Positions 60,961 through 64,000 of a DNA stretch of 64,000 nt are shown here, piece after piece. Origin of the DNA: Octopus bimaculoides. Taxonomy: Eukaryota. The stretch's first letter is position 1. Every line of letters begins with the position of its first letter. Location of the stretch: NCBI RefSeq assembly GCF_001194135.2, contig NC_068989.1, positions 80,880,849 to 80,944,848 of the forward strand. The letters run 5' to 3'. The notes under the pieces were generated by a model that was not told the DNA's origin, did not search any database, and saw nothing but the letters and a program-made list of their open reading frames with translations. The position numbers and the translations under genes were made by a program.

Positions 60961-61699
60961 GTCTAAATGGTTGCAATATAATGGATTTTGTTGAGGACAC
61001 CCAAGGGCCGGGTAGTAGTGGAGTTAAACCAGACAATGGATTAAGCTGAGTGCAAAAGGAGTAGAGGACAAATAAAGTGGAATGAAAAAGGGAGGAGGAA
61101 GAGGTGGCAGAAACGGAAAGAGGAAGAAGAAAAGGAAAAGGAGGAAGGGTAAGAAGAAAAGGAAGAGGACAAAGAAAAACAAAAGCCTGCAGACTAACAT
61201 AGTAATGATAGACAGAACAGCAATAAATGTGTGTGTGTACACAAAAGAAATCTAGTTGATCAACTTTCGGAAATTCAGTAAACCATGTAAGACAAGGATA
61301 GCTAGTTAGTTCAAAAACACAGAACTAAGATTAAAAATACTACAAATATCAGTTAGATTACAAGTAAAAAAAAAAAAAGAAATTTGAAACAAGGTCAGTG
61401 GAATAAGAAACAACTAATGCATACAGTTTTTTTCTCACTTGTTAGAATTTTTAAGAAAGAAAAGAATATTATTTCATAATGTGGTGGTGCATGGCCTAAT
61501 GGTTAGGGTGTTGGATTCATGATTGTAAGATTGTGGTTTCGATTCCTGGATCAGGAGATGTAATGTGTTCTTGAGCAAAATACTTCATTTCGTATTGCTC
61601 CAGTTCACTCAGCTGGCAAAAATGAGTAATCCTGTAATGGATCGGTATCCCATCCAGGGAGGAATATATATATATATATATATATATATGGGAGAATAT

Positions 61700-61882
61700 A
61701 CAAATAATAACAACAGACGAGGACAGGTGGTGTAAATAACAAAAGGATATATTAGTATGACGCTCGGGAATACGGAAAGTCTTTGACGTTTCGAGCTACG
61801 CTCTTCAACAGAAAGAATACGGAGACAAGGAGAAAAACACGGAGAAAAAAAAATTGAATAGTGTTCAGTCAACGGTCAATCA
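61700..61882 (-). mobile_element. Penelope-like pseudo-LTR remnant, truncated by a gap
   Basis: CpG-rich island with the GACGTTTCGAGC...GCTCTTC signature (hammerhead on the minus strand) and a direct repeat GAATACGGA on either side of it. Confidence 0.45.
61780..61816 (-). ncRNA. Minimal type-I hammerhead-like motif in a Penelope-like remnant
   Basis: TCTTT-CTGTTGA-A-GAGC GTA GCTC-GAAA-C-GTC-AAAGA. Helix I 5 bp, helix II 4 bp, palindromic ACGT helix III, GUC triplet. The core has an A6->U change. Confidence 0.55.
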
Positions 61883-63642
61883 NNNNNNNNNNNNNNNNNN
61901 NNNNNNNNNNNNNNNNNNNNNNNNNNNNNNNNNNNNNNNNNNNNNNNNNNNNNNNNNNNNNNNNNNNNNNNNNNNNNNNNNNNNNNNNNNNNNNNNNNNN
62001 NNNNNNNNNNNNNNNNNNNNNNNNNNNNNNNNNNNNNNNNNNNNNNNNNNNNNNNNNNNNNNNNNNNNNNNNNNNNNNNNNNNNNNNNNNNNNNNNNNNN
62101 NATACATATACATATATATATATATACATATATAGATAGAGAGATAGATACACACAGCAGAGAAACTGAGAAAACCAGCCCTACGCTCCTTACAGAATAA
62201 TGTAGACTAACCATAGTCCATAATACAATTATCATCATCATTTATATGTATGCTTTTACCATGCTGGTACAAGTTGGCTGAGACTTCTTCAGGTAATATT
62301 CTAAAGCTAGATATCCTTCTTGGTGCCAACTCTTACATGTATTCAGCAACGTACTTTATTTCCCTGACCTTTGCAGTGGATCACTAAGTTGTGGGACAAA
62401 CATAACTACTGTCCATTTAGAATCAATGAAAAGACATGAGCTCACACATAATAGGCTTCAATACAGTTTCTTATTTCTTTACTGCCTGCAAGGGACTACA
62501 CAGAGAGGGGACAAACAAGGCAGACAAATGGATTAAGTCAATTATATCGACCCCAGTGTGTAACTGGTACTTATTTAATCGACCCCAAAAGGATGACAGG
62601 CAAAATTGACCTTGGCGGATTTTGAATTCAGAACATAACGGCAGATGAAATACCGCTAAGCATTTCGCTTGGCGTGCTAACGTTTCTGCTAGCTCGCCAC
62701 TTCAATAGTTTCTATATACTGATATTCAGTCACAAGGTATTGGTCAACCAGAAGTCATTATAGAGCACATTTGCTCAAGGTGCCAGAGTGAGATTGAACC
62801 TAACACTGTGTGGTTGGACAGCAAACTTCTTAATCACATAACAACACACACCATATATATATATATATATANNNNNNNNNNNNNNNNNNNNNNNNNNNNN
62901 NNNNNNNNNNNNNNNNNNNNNNNNNNNNNNNNNNNNNNNNNNNNNNNNNNNNNNNNNNNNNNNNNNNNNNNNNNNNNNNNNNNNNNNNNNNNNNNNNNNN
63001 NNNNNNNNNNNNNNNNNNNNNNNNNNNNNNNNNNNNNNNNNNNNNNNNNNNNNNNNNNNNNNNNNNNNNNNNNNNNNNNNNNNNNNNNNNNNNNNNNNNN
63101 NNNNNNNNNNNNNNNNNNNNNNNNNNNNNNNNNNNNNNNNNNNNNNNNNNNNNNNNNNNNNNNNNNNNNNNNNNNNNNNNNNNNNNNNNNNNNNNNNNNN
63201 NNNNNNNNNNNNNNNNNNNNNNNNNNNNNNNNNNNNNNNNNNNNNNNNNNNNNNNNNACACACACACGACAAACACATATACATATATATATATACATAC
63301 ACACACACACACACACACACCCTAAATATGCATACACATACAGAGAGAGAACGTTATCATGTAGCCTCAGTTAGTTCAGACTGAGTGGAGTCTTGGTATG
63401 CTGATAGCATGCCAAACAACTGGGCGTAATCCGAAGATCTACCTACTGTCCCAGATGATAGCCAACAAGGTAAATACACACATCTTTGGTTGGGGAATTC
63501 AGAAGCCATTATTTCCCATTCAATTTCTTTCACACTTGACTAATTTTTATTTACTTGATGCACACTTTAGAAGTGAACAATAACTGCATTTAGACTGAAG
63601 TCCTTTGTGGGGACCATGTGTTTTTCCTCCCTGTGTGTGTCT

Positions 63643-64000
63643 GTTGTTGTTGACACTCCATTGCTTACGACGTCGAGGGTTCCAGTTGATCCGATCAACG
63701 GAACAGCCTGCTCGTGAAATTAACGTGCAAGTGGATGAGCACTCCACAGACACATGTACCCTTAACGTAGTTCTCGGGGATAATCAGCATGACACAGAGT
63801 GTGACAAAGCTGGCCCTTTGAAATACAGGTACAACAGAAACAGGAAGAAAGAGCGAGAGAAAGTTGTGGTGAAAGAGTACAGTAGGGTTTTGCCACCATC
63901 CCCTGCGGGAGCCTCGTGGAGCTTTAGGTGTTTTCGCTCAATAAACACTCACAACGCCCGGTCTGGGAACCGAAACCACAATCCTATGACCGCGAGTCCG
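63643..64000 (-). mobile_element. SINE family A, head cut by the window edge
   Basis: Same consensus from the (GTT)n tail to the tRNA-like region. Confidence 0.9.

Overview
AT-rich, repeat-saturated animal genomic DNA from a gapped draft scaffold with 8 N-gaps, five of them (1542, 10549, 38870, 61883, 62872) abutting microsatellites. The SINE repertoire and microsatellite load point to an octopus or other coleoid cephalopod; this is inference from recalled repeat families, not a database hit. Most of the window is interspersed repeats: at least five SINE or LINE-tail families (labelled A-E here), hAT, Tc1/mariner and piggyBac-like MITEs with visible TIRs and TSDs, R4/Dong-like LINE 3' remnants, and simple repeats. 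One well-supported coding exon lies on the minus strand (ATG 18644, donor 18018). It encodes a 208-aa N-terminus built of five ~37-aa repeats, and a phase-matched 33-nt exon follows at 13995-14027. A few weaker minus-strand exon candidates exist. Three unrelated, degenerate minimal type-I hammerhead-ribozyme motifs of the Penelope/retrozyme kind occur at 20641, 43141 and 61780. No rRNA, true tRNA gene, CRISPR array or intact transposase/RT ORF is supported. Most entries in the ORF track are gap, microsatellite or SINE artefacts.
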